64,000 nucleotides of DNA from an uncultured Actinomycetota bacterium (GTDB taxonomy: Bacteria > Actinomycetota > Actinomycetes > JAHEKZ01): assembly GCA_963718235.1 (NCBI GenBank), contig CAVQYR010000001.1, positions 1,376,001 to 1,440,000 of the forward strand, in the 5' to 3' direction. Positions 37,461 through 46,768 of the stretch are shown one piece after another (position 1 is the stretch's first letter; every line of letters starts with the position of its first letter). Under the pieces are notes generated by a model. It saw only the letters and a program-made list of their open reading frames with translations. It was not told where the DNA came from and ran no database searches. Made by a program: the position numbers and the translations under genes.

Positions 37461-38606
37461 ATGGCTGACGAGGTCGGGGCGTTCGCGAAGCTGGCGGGGA
37501 TCCATCCGCCACGGGGCCGCTACGCGGTGCTCGTCGACGCCGGGTACCTGATCTCCAGCACCGGCGAGCTGGTCGTCGGGACGGCGCGCCGCCGCGACCT
37601 CACCGTCGACGTCACCGGCCTGATCGGCTCGGTGATGGCCCGGGTGACCGAGCAGTACGGCGAAGACCTCCTGCGCGTCTACTGGTACGACGCGGCACGG
37701 GACCGGGTGCCGACCGTCCAGCAACGGCAGATCGCCGCGCTGCCCCACCTGAAGCTGCGGCTTGGGAACGTCAACCGGGCAGGGGTCCAGAAGGGAGTCG
37801 ACGCCCTGCTGCGCGTCGACCTCGTCGGCTTGGCGGCGACCCGCGCGGTCGGCGACGTCGTGCTCGTCGCCGGGGACGAGGACATGCTCGAGGCGGTGGA
37901 GTCCGCGCAGGCGCACGGCGTCCGGGTGCACCTGTGGGGGATCGAGCCGCCGTTCGGGGTCAACCAGTCCGAACGGCTCGTGTGGGAGTCCGACACCGTG
38001 CACGTGCTCAGGCGCGACGCGGTCGAGGACTACGTCCGGGTCCGGGTGCCCCCTGGGGACCGGGCCACCCGTGAGGCCATGGCCAAGGTCGCCGCTGCGA
38101 TCGAGGAGGCGCCGGCGACGGTCGACGTGGCGCCGCCGCTGCCTGTTCCCGTCGAGGCCGCCCCGGCTGCCACCGAGCCGGCCCCGACCGCAGCCGAGGA
38201 GGTGGTGCCCGCCCGCCCGACCCCGGCGCAGGTGGCGGCGAGCTTGGGCGTGCAGGGGACACCGGCTCCGCCACGCCAGCCACGGACTCCTCCGCCCGTG
38301 CGGGTCGGGCTACCGGTGCCGGTCGACCTCACCGGGTCGCTGTCGGTGCCCGCGGAGGAGCTACGGTCGTTGGGCCAGGAGATCGCCGGTCGCTGGCTCG
38401 TCGAGCGTGGCCGGGAGAACCTCGCCGACCTGCTCCCGGGTCCAGACCTGCCAGCGGTGATCGACCAGGAGCTGCTCGTTGCGGCCGAGGGTCAGGTCGG
38501 GTTCGGCCTGCGCGCGTACGCCGAGGCGCGTGAGGCGTTGCGGACCGGGTTCTGGGAGCGGCTGTACGAGGAGTTCGACCTGCACGTCGGGGTCTCCGAC
38601 CACTGA
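37461..38606 (+). CDS. NYN (LabA/DUF88, PIN-like) domain protein with Pro-rich linker
   Basis: VLVDAGYL, RVYWYDA, QKGVD and AGDED motifs. Confidence 0.88.
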   Translation: MADEVGAFAKLAGIHPPRGRYAVLVDAGYLISSTGELVVGTARRRDLTVDVTGLIGSVMARVTEQYGEDLLRVYWYDAARDRVPTVQQRQIAALPHLKLRLGNVNRAGVQKGVDALLRVDLVGLAATRAVGDVVLVAGDEDMLEAVESAQAHGVRVHLWGIEPPFGVNQSERLVWESDTVHVLRRDAVEDYVRVRVPPGDRATREAMAKVAAAIEEAPATVDVAPPLPVPVEAAPAATEPAPTAAEEVVPARPTPAQVAASLGVQGTPAPPRQPRTPPPVRVGLPVPVDLTGSLSVPAEELRSLGQEIAGRWLVERGRENLADLLPGPDLPAVIDQELLVAAEGQVGFGLRAYAEAREALRTGFWERLYEEFDLHVGVSDH

Positions 38607-38621
38607 CTCCCAGGGCCTGGC

Positions 38622-38846
38622 TCAGCGGTTGACGGACGCACCGCGCAGGCTCTCCAGCGCGGTGCCGACCAGCGGCACGACCGCGTCGGGGTCCTGGTCG
38701 ACCAGGTCGATCAGGTCTTGGCGCATCGCGGGGGTCCAGAAGCTGCGCAGGTGCGTGGCCACGGCGTCTGCGGCCTCGTCGGCGGGCAGGTGACCGACGT
38801 TGGCCGCGATCTGGTTGGCCATCCGGACCAGGCTGGAGTCGGTCAC
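38622..38846 (-). CDS. fdsD: Formate dehydrogenase delta subunit
   Basis: LVRMANQIA...VATHLRSFWTPAMR; GTGA overlap with fdsA. Confidence 0.88.
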   Translation of the reverse strand: MTDSSLVRMANQIAANVGHLPADEAADAVATHLRSFWTPAMRQDLIDLVDQDPDAVVPLVGTALESLRGASVNR

Positions 38847-41665
38847 TGGGCGGCACCGGCCACGGGGGCTTCGTCGGCCACCGGGTCGGACTCGACCGGG
38901 GCGGTCACCCGCTGCACCTGCACGGCGGTGACCTTGTACTCGGGGCAGTTGGTGGCCCAGTCCGAGTACTCGGTGGTGACCACGTTGGCGCCGCTCACCG
39001 GGTGGTGGAAGGTCGTGTAGACGACACCGGTGGGCATCCGGTCGGCGATCTTGGCCCGCATGGTCGTGTCGCCGACCCGGCTGACCAGGCGCACCCAGTC
39101 GCCGTCGTTGATCCCTCGGTCCTCGGCGTCGTGCGGGTGGATCTCCAGCACGTCCTCGTGGTGCCACACCACGTTGGCCGTACGGCGGGTCTGCGCACCG
39201 ACGTTGTACTGGCTCAGGATCCGACCCGTGGTGAGGATCAGCGGGAAACGTCGGGTGCTGCGCTCGTCGGTGGGCACGTAGGGCGTCTCGACGAAGTTGC
39301 CTTTGCCCCGGACGAACCCGTCGACGTGCATGATCGGCGTGCCCTCGGGCGCGGCGTCGTTGCACGGCCACTGCACACTGCCGAGCTTGTCGAGCTTGTC
39401 GAACGAGACGCCGGCGAAGGTGGGCGTCAGTGCCGCGATCTCGTCCATGATCTGGCCGCTGGTGTCGTAGTGCATGGGGTAGCCCATGGCCGCGGAGATG
39501 GCACAGGCGACCTCCCACTCCTGCATCTCGCACTGGGGCTTCATCACCGGGCGCACCCGGTTGATCCGTCGCTCGGCGTTGGTGAACGTGCCGTCCTTCT
39601 CCAGGAACGACGTGCCGGGCAGGAACACGTGGGCGAACTTGGCCGTCTCGTTGATGAACAGGTCCTGGACGACGAGCAGGTCGAGTGCGGCCAGTGCGGC
39701 CTTGACGTGCTTGGTGTTGGGGTCGGACTGGGCGATGTCCTCACCCTGCACGAACAGCCCACGGAACGTGCCGTCGACCGCGGCGTCCAGCATGTTCGGG
39801 ATGCGCAGGCCGGGCTCGGACTCCAGCGGGCGTCCCCACACCTGCTCGAAGACCTCGCGGACGACGTCGTCGGACACGTGCCGGTAGCCGGCGAGCTCGT
39901 GGGGGAAGGAGCCCATGTCGCACGAGCCCTGCACGTTGTTCTGCCCGCGCAGCGGGTTGACCCCGACCCCGTCCCTCCCGATGTTGCCCGTGGCCATGGC
40001 GAGGTTGGCCATGCCCATGACCATGGTCGAGCCCTGGCTGTGCTCGGTGACCCCGAGGCCGTAGTAGATGGCGGCGTTGGGTGCACCGGCGTACAGGCGG
40101 GCTGCCTCGCGCAGCTCGGCGGCCGGAACGCCACTGACCGACTCGGTGGCCTCCGGGCTGTTCTCCGGGCCGGCGATGAACGACGCCCACCGGGCGAAGG
40201 CCTCGGTGTCGCAGCGCTCGTCGACGAACTGCTGGTCGACCAGGCCCTCGGTGACCACGACGTGAGCCAGGGCGTTGACCACGGCCACGTTGGTGCCCGG
40301 CTGCAGCTGGAGGTGGTGCTCTGCCTCCACGTGGGGGGAGCGCACGAGGTCGATCCGACGTGGGTCGATGACGACCAGCGAGGCGCCCTCGCGCAGCCGC
40401 CGCTTCAGCCGCGAGGCGAAGACGGGGTGCCCGTCGGTCGGGTTGGCGCCGATCACGACGACGACGTCGGCCTTGGCCACCGACTTGAAGTCCTGGGTGC
40501 CTGCGGAGGTGCCGAAGGTCTGCTTGAGTCCGTACCCCGTGGGGGAGTGGCAGACCCGGGCACAGGTGTCGACGTTGTTGTTGCCGAACGCAGCGCGGAT
40601 CATCTTCTGGACGACGTACACCTCCTCGTTGGTGCAGCGGGAGGAGGTGATGCCGCCGATGGCCTGGTCACCGTGCTGCTGCTGGATCTCGCGCAGCCGG
40701 CGTGCGGTGTAGTCGATCGCCTCGTCCCACGAGACCTCGCGCCACGGGTCGGCGATCGTGTCGCGGACCATCGGTGACAGCACCCGTTCCTGGTGGGTGG
40801 CGTAGCCCCAGGCGAAGCGTCCCTTGACGCAGGAGTGGCCTTCGTTGGCCCCGCCGTCCTTGTACGGAACCATCCGCACGACCTGGTCGCCGCGCAGCTC
40901 GGCCTTGAACGAGCAGCCGACACCGCAGTACGCGCAGGTCGTGAGCACCGAGCGGGTGGGGATGCCGAGCTCGATGACCGTCTTCTCCTGAAGGGTCGAG
41001 GTGGGGCAGGCCTGCACACAGGCACCGCAGGAGACGCACTCGCTGTCGATGAACGACTCGCCGGCGCTCGCCGCGACCTTCGACTCGAACCCGCGGCCCT
41101 CGATGGTCAGGGCCAAGGTGCCCTGGACCTCGTCGCAGGCGCGCACGCACCGCGAGCAGGCGATGCACTTGCTGGCGTCGAACGAGAAGTACGGGTTGGA
41201 GGCGTCGGTCGGCGCGTCGAGGTGGTTCTCGCCGGCATAGCCGTAGCGGACGTCGCGGAGCCCGACGACACCCGCCATGTCCTGCAGCTCGCAGTCCCCG
41301 TTGGCCGGGCAGGTGAGGCAGTCGAGCGGGTGGTCGGAGATGTACAGCTCCATGACCCCGCGGCGCAGCTTCTCCAGCTTCGGGGTCTGGGTGCGCACGC
41401 TCATGCCGGGCTCGCACAAGGTGGTGCAGGACGCAGGGGTGCCCTTGCGGCCGTCGACCTCGACCAGGCACAGCCGGCAGGAGCCGAACGACTCGAGGGA
41501 GTCGGTGGCACACAGCTTGGGTACCTCGACCCCGGCCAGGGCTGCGGCGCGCATCACCGACGTGCCGGCCGGGACGGTGACGTCCATGCCGTCGACGGTG
41601 ACCGTGACGTCGACGTCGCTCTCGCGGGCAGGCGTGCCGAGGTCGGGCTCGCGCAACAGCGTCAT
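38843..41665 (-). CDS. fdsA: NAD-dependent molybdopterin formate dehydrogenase alpha subunit
   Basis: Fe-S motifs (GSCRLC, HPLDCLTC, CIACSRC, CVSCGAC, CAYCGVGC); active-site CARVCHS with Cys rather than Sec; PLRGQNNVQG. Confidence 0.95.
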   Translation of the reverse strand: MTLLREPDLGTPARESDVDVTVTVDGMDVTVPAGTSVMRAAALAGVEVPKLCATDSLESFGSCRLCLVEVDGRKGTPASCTTLCEPGMSVRTQTPKLEKLRRGVMELYISDHPLDCLTCPANGDCELQDMAGVVGLRDVRYGYAGENHLDAPTDASNPYFSFDASKCIACSRCVRACDEVQGTLALTIEGRGFESKVAASAGESFIDSECVSCGACVQACPTSTLQEKTVIELGIPTRSVLTTCAYCGVGCSFKAELRGDQVVRMVPYKDGGANEGHSCVKGRFAWGYATHQERVLSPMVRDTIADPWREVSWDEAIDYTARRLREIQQQHGDQAIGGITSSRCTNEEVYVVQKMIRAAFGNNNVDTCARVCHSPTGYGLKQTFGTSAGTQDFKSVAKADVVVVIGANPTDGHPVFASRLKRRLREGASLVVIDPRRIDLVRSPHVEAEHHLQLQPGTNVAVVNALAHVVVTEGLVDQQFVDERCDTEAFARWASFIAGPENSPEATESVSGVPAAELREAARLYAGAPNAAIYYGLGVTEHSQGSTMVMGMANLAMATGNIGRDGVGVNPLRGQNNVQGSCDMGSFPHELAGYRHVSDDVVREVFEQVWGRPLESEPGLRIPNMLDAAVDGTFRGLFVQGEDIAQSDPNTKHVKAALAALDLLVVQDLFINETAKFAHVFLPGTSFLEKDGTFTNAERRINRVRPVMKPQCEMQEWEVACAISAAMGYPMHYDTSGQIMDEIAALTPTFAGVSFDKLDKLGSVQWPCNDAAPEGTPIMHVDGFVRGKGNFVETPYVPTDERSTRRFPLILTTGRILSQYNVGAQTRRTANVVWHHEDVLEIHPHDAEDRGINDGDWVRLVSRVGDTTMRAKIADRMPTGVVYTTFHHPVSGANVVTTEYSDWATNCPEYKVTAVQVQRVTAPVESDPVADEAPVAGAAQ

Positions 41666-43206
41666 GACGGCTGCACCTCCGGGACGAAGTCGTCGGTGAA
41701 GTGCTGCAGGGCGCTGCGCACGGGCATGGGTGTCAGGCCACCGAGGGCGCACAGCGACCCGTCGACCATGAGCTCGCACAGGTCGTCGAGCAGCACGAGG
41801 TTGGCGTCGCGGTCGGTACCCGCCGCGATCTTGTCGATGACCTCGACCCCACGGACGGCGCCGACCCGGCACGGGGTGCACTTGCCGCAGGACTCCTCGG
41901 CGCAGAACTCCATGGCGAACCGTGCCTGCTGGAGCATGTCGACGGTGTCGTCGAAGACGACGATGCCGCCGTGGCCGACCATGGCACCGATCGCGGCGAA
42001 CGCCTCGTAGTCCATCGGGGTGTCGAGCTGGTCGGCGGGCAGGTAGGCGCCGAGCGGGCCGCCGACCTGCACGGCACGCAGCGGACGGCCGGACGCGGTG
42101 CCGCCCCCGTAGGTCTCCACGAGCTCGCGCAGGGTGATCCCGAACGCCGTCTCGACGATCCCGCCGCGGGCGACGTTGCCCGCCAGCTGCCACACCTGCG
42201 TGCCGAGCGAGCGCCCGACGCCCAGCGCGGCGTAGGCGGCCGCGCCGTCGGAGAGGACCACCGGCACGCTGGCCAGGGTCAGCACGTTGTTGACCACGGT
42301 GGGCTTGCCGAACAACCCCTTCAGTGCGGGCAGCGGCGGCTTGGCCCGGACCATTCCCCGGCGTCCTTCGAGGCTCTCCAGCATGGAGGTCTCCTCGCCG
42401 CAGATGTAGGCCCCCGCCCCGGCCCGCACGTGCAGGTCGAAGGCGTGTCCGCTGCCGAGCACGTCGTCACCGAGCCAGTGCTGGTCACGGGCCGCCTCGA
42501 TCGCACTGGTCATCGTGGTGATGGCGTCGGGGTACTCGGAGCGGATGTAGAGGTACCCCTGGGTCGCCCCGACGGCGATCCCGGCGATGGTCATCCCCTC
42601 GATCAGCAGGAACGGGTCGTCCTCCATCACCATCCGGTCGGCGAAGGTGCCGCTGTCGCCCTCGTCGGCGTTGCACACCACGTACTTCTGGTCGGCGTCG
42701 GCCCCGAGGACGGTGTTCCACTTGATGCCGGCGGGGAAACCGGCGCCGCCGCGCCCTCGCAGTCCGGAGGCGGTGACCTCGGCCACGATCTCGTCGGCGG
42801 AGAGCTCGAGCGCCCGGCGCAGGCCGCGCATGCCACCGTGGGCCAGGTAGTCGCTGGCCGACAGCGGGTCGGTGACACCCACCCTGGCGAAGATCAGCCG
42901 CTGCTGGTCGCGCAGGTAGGGGAGGTCCTCCGGAGCTCCCACCCGCAGGGGGTGGTCGGCGCCGTCGAGCAGCCCGGAGTCGAGCAGGGCCGGGACGTCG
43001 TCGGTGGCGACGGGTCCGTAGCCGACGCGTCCTTCCGGCGTGTCGACCTCGACCAGCGGCTCGAGCCAGAACAGACCGCGCGACCCGTTGCGCGTGACGG
43101 TGAGCTCCAGGCCGCGCAGGTCGGCATGGACCTGCAGCGCCGCGGCGACGTCGTCGGCCCCCACCGAGCGGGCGCCGGAGTCTCGGGGTACGTAGACGGT
43201 CGTCAC
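41662..43206 (-). CDS. fdsB: Formate dehydrogenase beta subunit (NuoF-like)
   Basis: RNGSRGLFWLEP, LRGRGGAGFP, NADEGDSGTFADR, GAGAYICGEET and ESCGKCTPCR motifs. Confidence 0.93.
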   Translation of the reverse strand: MTTVYVPRDSGARSVGADDVAAALQVHADLRGLELTVTRNGSRGLFWLEPLVEVDTPEGRVGYGPVATDDVPALLDSGLLDGADHPLRVGAPEDLPYLRDQQRLIFARVGVTDPLSASDYLAHGGMRGLRRALELSADEIVAEVTASGLRGRGGAGFPAGIKWNTVLGADADQKYVVCNADEGDSGTFADRMVMEDDPFLLIEGMTIAGIAVGATQGYLYIRSEYPDAITTMTSAIEAARDQHWLGDDVLGSGHAFDLHVRAGAGAYICGEETSMLESLEGRRGMVRAKPPLPALKGLFGKPTVVNNVLTLASVPVVLSDGAAAYAALGVGRSLGTQVWQLAGNVARGGIVETAFGITLRELVETYGGGTASGRPLRAVQVGGPLGAYLPADQLDTPMDYEAFAAIGAMVGHGGIVVFDDTVDMLQQARFAMEFCAEESCGKCTPCRVGAVRGVEVIDKIAAGTDRDANLVLLDDLCELMVDGSLCALGGLTPMPVRSALQHFTDDFVPEVQPS

Positions 43207-43688
43207 GACCGGGCCTCACCGAGCAGGGTGTCGAACCGGTCCGGGTCGACCCGCCCGTGCAGGCGACCGTCGACCATCACGGCCGGGGCGAGGGCGCAGT
43301 TGCCGAGGCAGAACACCTGGTTCAGGGTCACGCTGCCGTCGTCGGTGGTCTCGCCCACCCCGATTCCGAGCTGGGTCGTGGCGTGGTCCACGAGGGCGCG
43401 GGCGCCGCGGCTCTGGCAGGCCTCGGCCCGACAGACCTGGACGTGGTGCCGACCGGGTGGGGAGGTGTGCAGGTCGGTGTAGAAGGTCAGGACGCCGTGC
43501 ACCTCGGCCCGGGACACATTCAGGACGTCGGCGATGACCGGCAGGGCGAGGGAGTCGACGTAGCCGAACTCGGCCTGGACGGCCTGCAGGGCGAGCAGCA
43601 CCGGACCGGGCTGATCAGCCACGGCTCCAACCACGCCACGGACGGCGTGCTCGGAGATCGGGTTGGCCGCAACGGCCCCGGTCGACAC
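43203..43688 (-). CDS. fdsG: Formate dehydrogenase gamma subunit (NuoE-like 2Fe-2S)
   Basis: SRAEVHGVLTFY, CRAEAC and FCLGNCA motifs; TATCAT 6 nt before the GTG. Confidence 0.9.
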   Translation of the reverse strand: MSTGAVAANPISEHAVRGVVGAVADQPGPVLLALQAVQAEFGYVDSLALPVIADVLNVSRAEVHGVLTFYTDLHTSPPGRHHVQVCRAEACQSRGARALVDHATTQLGIGVGETTDDGSVTLNQVFCLGNCALAPAVMVDGRLHGRVDPDRFDTLLGEARS

Positions 43689-43802
43689 CCCTCGATGATA
43701 GGTCGGCATCAAGAGAAATCGGCACCATGTGGTACGGCTGTTCCACATGGTGGACCGCGGCCTGCCCTCGGGAGGGCTCCTGCGGTCGGGCAGGATGGTG
43801 CC

Positions 43803-45605
43803 GTGGCGCCGCGCAACGTGATCAACGTCCAGGGCGCCCACAAGTCCTACGGGCGGCACCCGTTGCTGGACGACGTCTCACTCGGGGTCGCCGAAGGGGA
43901 GCGGATCGGCGTCGTCGGCCGCAACGGTGGCGGCAAGAGCACGCTGCTGCGCGTGCTGGCCGGGGCAGAGTCCCCGGACGCGGGACGGGTGACCCATACG
44001 GGCAGCCTCGCGCTCGGCATGCTCGCCCAGGCGGAGCTGATCGACCCGGCATCCACCGTTCGCTCGTTCGTCGTCGCCGACCGGGACGAGCACGAGTGGG
44101 CGTCGCAGCCACGGACGCGCGAGGTGCTCACCGCGCTGCTCGGTGGGTTCGACGACGCCGTGCTCGACCGACCCATGGGACCGCTGTCGGGGGGCGAACG
44201 GCGTCGGGTCGAGCTGTCCACCCTGCTGCTGCGTGACCTCGACGTGCTGCTGCTCGACGAGCCCACGAACCACCTCGACGTGGAGGCGGTGGCCTGGCTG
44301 GCGGCCCACCTGCGGGGTCGGAGGGGCCTGGCATTGGTGGTGGTCACCCACGACCGGTGGTTCCTGGACGAGGTGAGCGACCGGACGTGGGAGCTGGTCG
44401 AGGGTCGGGTCGAGCAGTACGACGGCGGGTACTCCGCGTTCGTGCTGGCCAAGGCCGAACGGGCGCGTCAGGCAGCCTCGTCGGAACAGCGGCGCAGCAA
44501 CCTGCTGCGCAAGGAGCTCGCCTGGCTGCGCCGCGGCCCGCCCGCACGGACGTCGAAGCCGAAGTTCCGGATCGATGCCGCCAACGAGCTGATCGCCGCC
44601 GAACCGCCCGCACGCAACGACGTCGAGCTCCTGGCGTTCGCCGGGGCCCGGCTGGGCAAGAAGGTGGTCGAGCTGCACGACGTGTCCCTGGTGCTGGGCG
44701 ACCGGGTGCTGTTCGACCGGGTGACCTGGAACATCGGGCCCGGGGACCGGGTCGGCATCGTCGGCGCGAACGGGGCGGGCAAGACCTCGCTCGTCCGGAT
44801 GCTCCTCGGCCGGCTGCGTCCCACTGCCGGGCGGGTCGTCACCGGCAGCACGGTGAGACCGGCGTACCTGTCCCAGCACCTGGAGGAGCTCGACCAGACG
44901 TGGCGGGTGCTGGAGGCCGTGCAGCACGTCGCGCACCAGGTCGAGATCGGGGGCGGGCGCGAGCTGTCGGCGTCCCAGCTGTGCGAGCGGCTCGGATTCG
45001 CCCCGGACCGTCAGCGCACGCCCGTCGCCGACCTCTCGGGCGGCGAGCGGCGCCGGCTGCAGCTGACTCGGCTGCTCATGGGTGGACCCAACGTCCTCGT
45101 GCTGGACGAACCCACCAACGACTTCGACGTCGAGACGCTCACCGCGCTGGAGGACCTGCTCGACTCCTTCGCCGGGACCCTGCTGGTCATCTCGCACGAC
45201 CGCTACTTCGTCGAGCGGGTCTGCAACACCTTCGTCGGCCTGCTGGGCGACGAACGGCTGCGGGACCTTCCGGGAGGCATCGACCAGTACCTGCGGCTGA
45301 GGGCAGCAGAGGGCGCGTCGGCATCAGGTGTCGCTGGAGCGTCCGCTGGTCACAGCAACCTGCTGGTGCAGCCTTCGGTTGCGCCGTCGGCCGCGCAGCA
45401 GCGGGCGGCGAAGAAGGACCTGGCCCGCCTGGAGCGGCTGATCGCACGGACCGAGGCGGAGGAGGCCAGGCTGCACGCGGCGTTCGACGAGCATGCCACC
45501 GACCACATGAAGGTCGCGGCGCTCAAGGCGCAGCTGGACGACGTGCTGGAGCAGCGTCGCGAGGCCGAGGAAGCCTGGCTGCACGCCGCCGAGACCGCCG
45601 ACTGA
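43803..45605 (+). CDS. ABC-F ATPase (Uup-like)
   Basis: Two NBDs (GRNGGGKS, GANGAGKT, two LSGGE, two LDEPTN), ELAWLRRGPPARTSK linker and C-terminal coiled coil. Confidence 0.92.
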   Translation: MAPRNVINVQGAHKSYGRHPLLDDVSLGVAEGERIGVVGRNGGGKSTLLRVLAGAESPDAGRVTHTGSLALGMLAQAELIDPASTVRSFVVADRDEHEWASQPRTREVLTALLGGFDDAVLDRPMGPLSGGERRRVELSTLLLRDLDVLLLDEPTNHLDVEAVAWLAAHLRGRRGLALVVVTHDRWFLDEVSDRTWELVEGRVEQYDGGYSAFVLAKAERARQAASSEQRRSNLLRKELAWLRRGPPARTSKPKFRIDAANELIAAEPPARNDVELLAFAGARLGKKVVELHDVSLVLGDRVLFDRVTWNIGPGDRVGIVGANGAGKTSLVRMLLGRLRPTAGRVVTGSTVRPAYLSQHLEELDQTWRVLEAVQHVAHQVEIGGGRELSASQLCERLGFAPDRQRTPVADLSGGERRRLQLTRLLMGGPNVLVLDEPTNDFDVETLTALEDLLDSFAGTLLVISHDRYFVERVCNTFVGLLGDERLRDLPGGIDQYLRLRAAEGASASGVAGASAGHSNLLVQPSVAPSAAQQRAAKKDLARLERLIARTEAEEARLHAAFDEHATDHMKVAALKAQLDDVLEQRREAEEAWLHAAETAD

Positions 45606-45662
45606 CTGGTCCTGTGGAGCATTCACCGCGCTCAGGGCGGCGAACGCACCACGAGGTGCGGG

Positions 45663-45956
45663 TCAGGAGGTCAGCGCGTCCAGGAAGGTGGTGATCCGGT
45701 CGTCGGTCCACTCGTCCTCCAGAGAAGCCGCCACCACTCCCGCGAGCTCGGCGTGGTCACCTTCGCCAACAGTCCAGGGGGTCCGGGTCCAGCCGTCGAG
45801 GTAGGCATCCGACGACGTCTCGCCCAACCGCATGGCGGCTTCGTCGATCGCTTCCTGGAATCGCGCTGCCAGCTGGATCTTGGTGACGTCGTCACCGTCA
45901 CGTGCCACCACCATCGAGGGCAGCTCACGCCATGAGGTGACCTGGTACTCCGCCAT
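45663..45956 (-). CDS. 'Virulence factor' family (PF13769-like) small protein
   Basis: WRELPSMVVA...LAARFQEAIDEAAM...DAYLDGW pattern. Confidence 0.75.
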   Translation of the reverse strand: MAEYQVTSWRELPSMVVARDGDDVTKIQLAARFQEAIDEAAMRLGETSSDAYLDGWTRTPWTVGEGDHAELAGVVAASLEDEWTDDRITTFLDALTS

Positions 45957-46095
45957 GGCGGTCACCCTACGACCTCCGCCGACTCGGGGCGCAGGAAGCG
46001 GCATGCAGCCAGCGGTGGCGCTCCGCGGAAGGCACTTCGGCACTTCTGGGTGAGTGCGCACGGTGCTGTACTGAAGGTGACGAAAGGGGTGCGTC

Positions 46096-46713
46096 ATGCG
46101 CAAGAACCTGCAGATCGTCGCACTCTCGCTGATGGGCGCCCTCGGGCTGTTCATCGGCTTGTTCATCATCGGAGAGACCATGAGCGACCCCGGTGGCTGG
46201 CGGGGGATCGGGCTGGTCGCGCTCTGGCTGGTGCCGCTGCTGGCCGCCGTCGCGCTGGCCTGGCTGCGGCCGGACTGGGCCAAGTGGTTGCTGGCTGTCC
46301 TCACGGTCGGCGTCACCGGACTGCTGCTGTGGTCGGTGGTCGCGCCGCAGCCGTGGAGCGACTTCGAGAACCGCAACGGGCCGATCCTGGCCATCGCCGT
46401 GTTCGCCCTCGCGATCCCGCTGACCGTGCTCGGCTGGCGACAGCCGCTGCCGGCCGGTTCGATGCTGCTGGTGCTGGGACTGACGCCGGTCGTCGGCCTG
46501 CTGTTCCTCGCGGCCACCGGCGGCGTGCACGGCGACGGTGCCGGCATTCCGCCGCAAGCGGGTCTCGTGGTCCTCAGCGTCCCCCTCGTCCTGGTGGGCG
46601 CGCTGCTGCTGATCGCCGGTCTGAGTGACCGTGGTGCGGCGCCTCTGCCCCCGGCGACTCCGCCGACCGCCCGGCTCGGGGGCTCGGCTACCGGACTGCC
46701 GAAGCTGGTCTGA
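46096..46713 (+). CDS. Hypothetical membrane protein (about 6 TM)
   Basis: Multiple hydrophobic segments; AAAGGGGT RBS. Confidence 0.75.
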   Translation: MRKNLQIVALSLMGALGLFIGLFIIGETMSDPGGWRGIGLVALWLVPLLAAVALAWLRPDWAKWLLAVLTVGVTGLLLWSVVAPQPWSDFENRNGPILAIAVFALAIPLTVLGWRQPLPAGSMLLVLGLTPVVGLLFLAATGGVHGDGAGIPPQAGLVVLSVPLVLVGALLLIAGLSDRGAAPLPPATPPTARLGGSATGLPKLV

Positions 46714-46768
46714 CGCGCAGCCACCGTTTGGTCGTGAGCGGTTGTCCAACGCCCTAGCCTGCATGCCC

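Noticed and set aside
37461-38606. NYN protein as a toxin-antitoxin or defence system
   Set aside because: No partner gene or defence context; it resembles the stand-alone LabA/DUF88 proteins common in actinomycetes.
40540-40580. Selenocysteine recoding in fdsA
   Set aside because: The active site reads CARVCHS with an ordinary Cys codon and there is no in-frame TGA.
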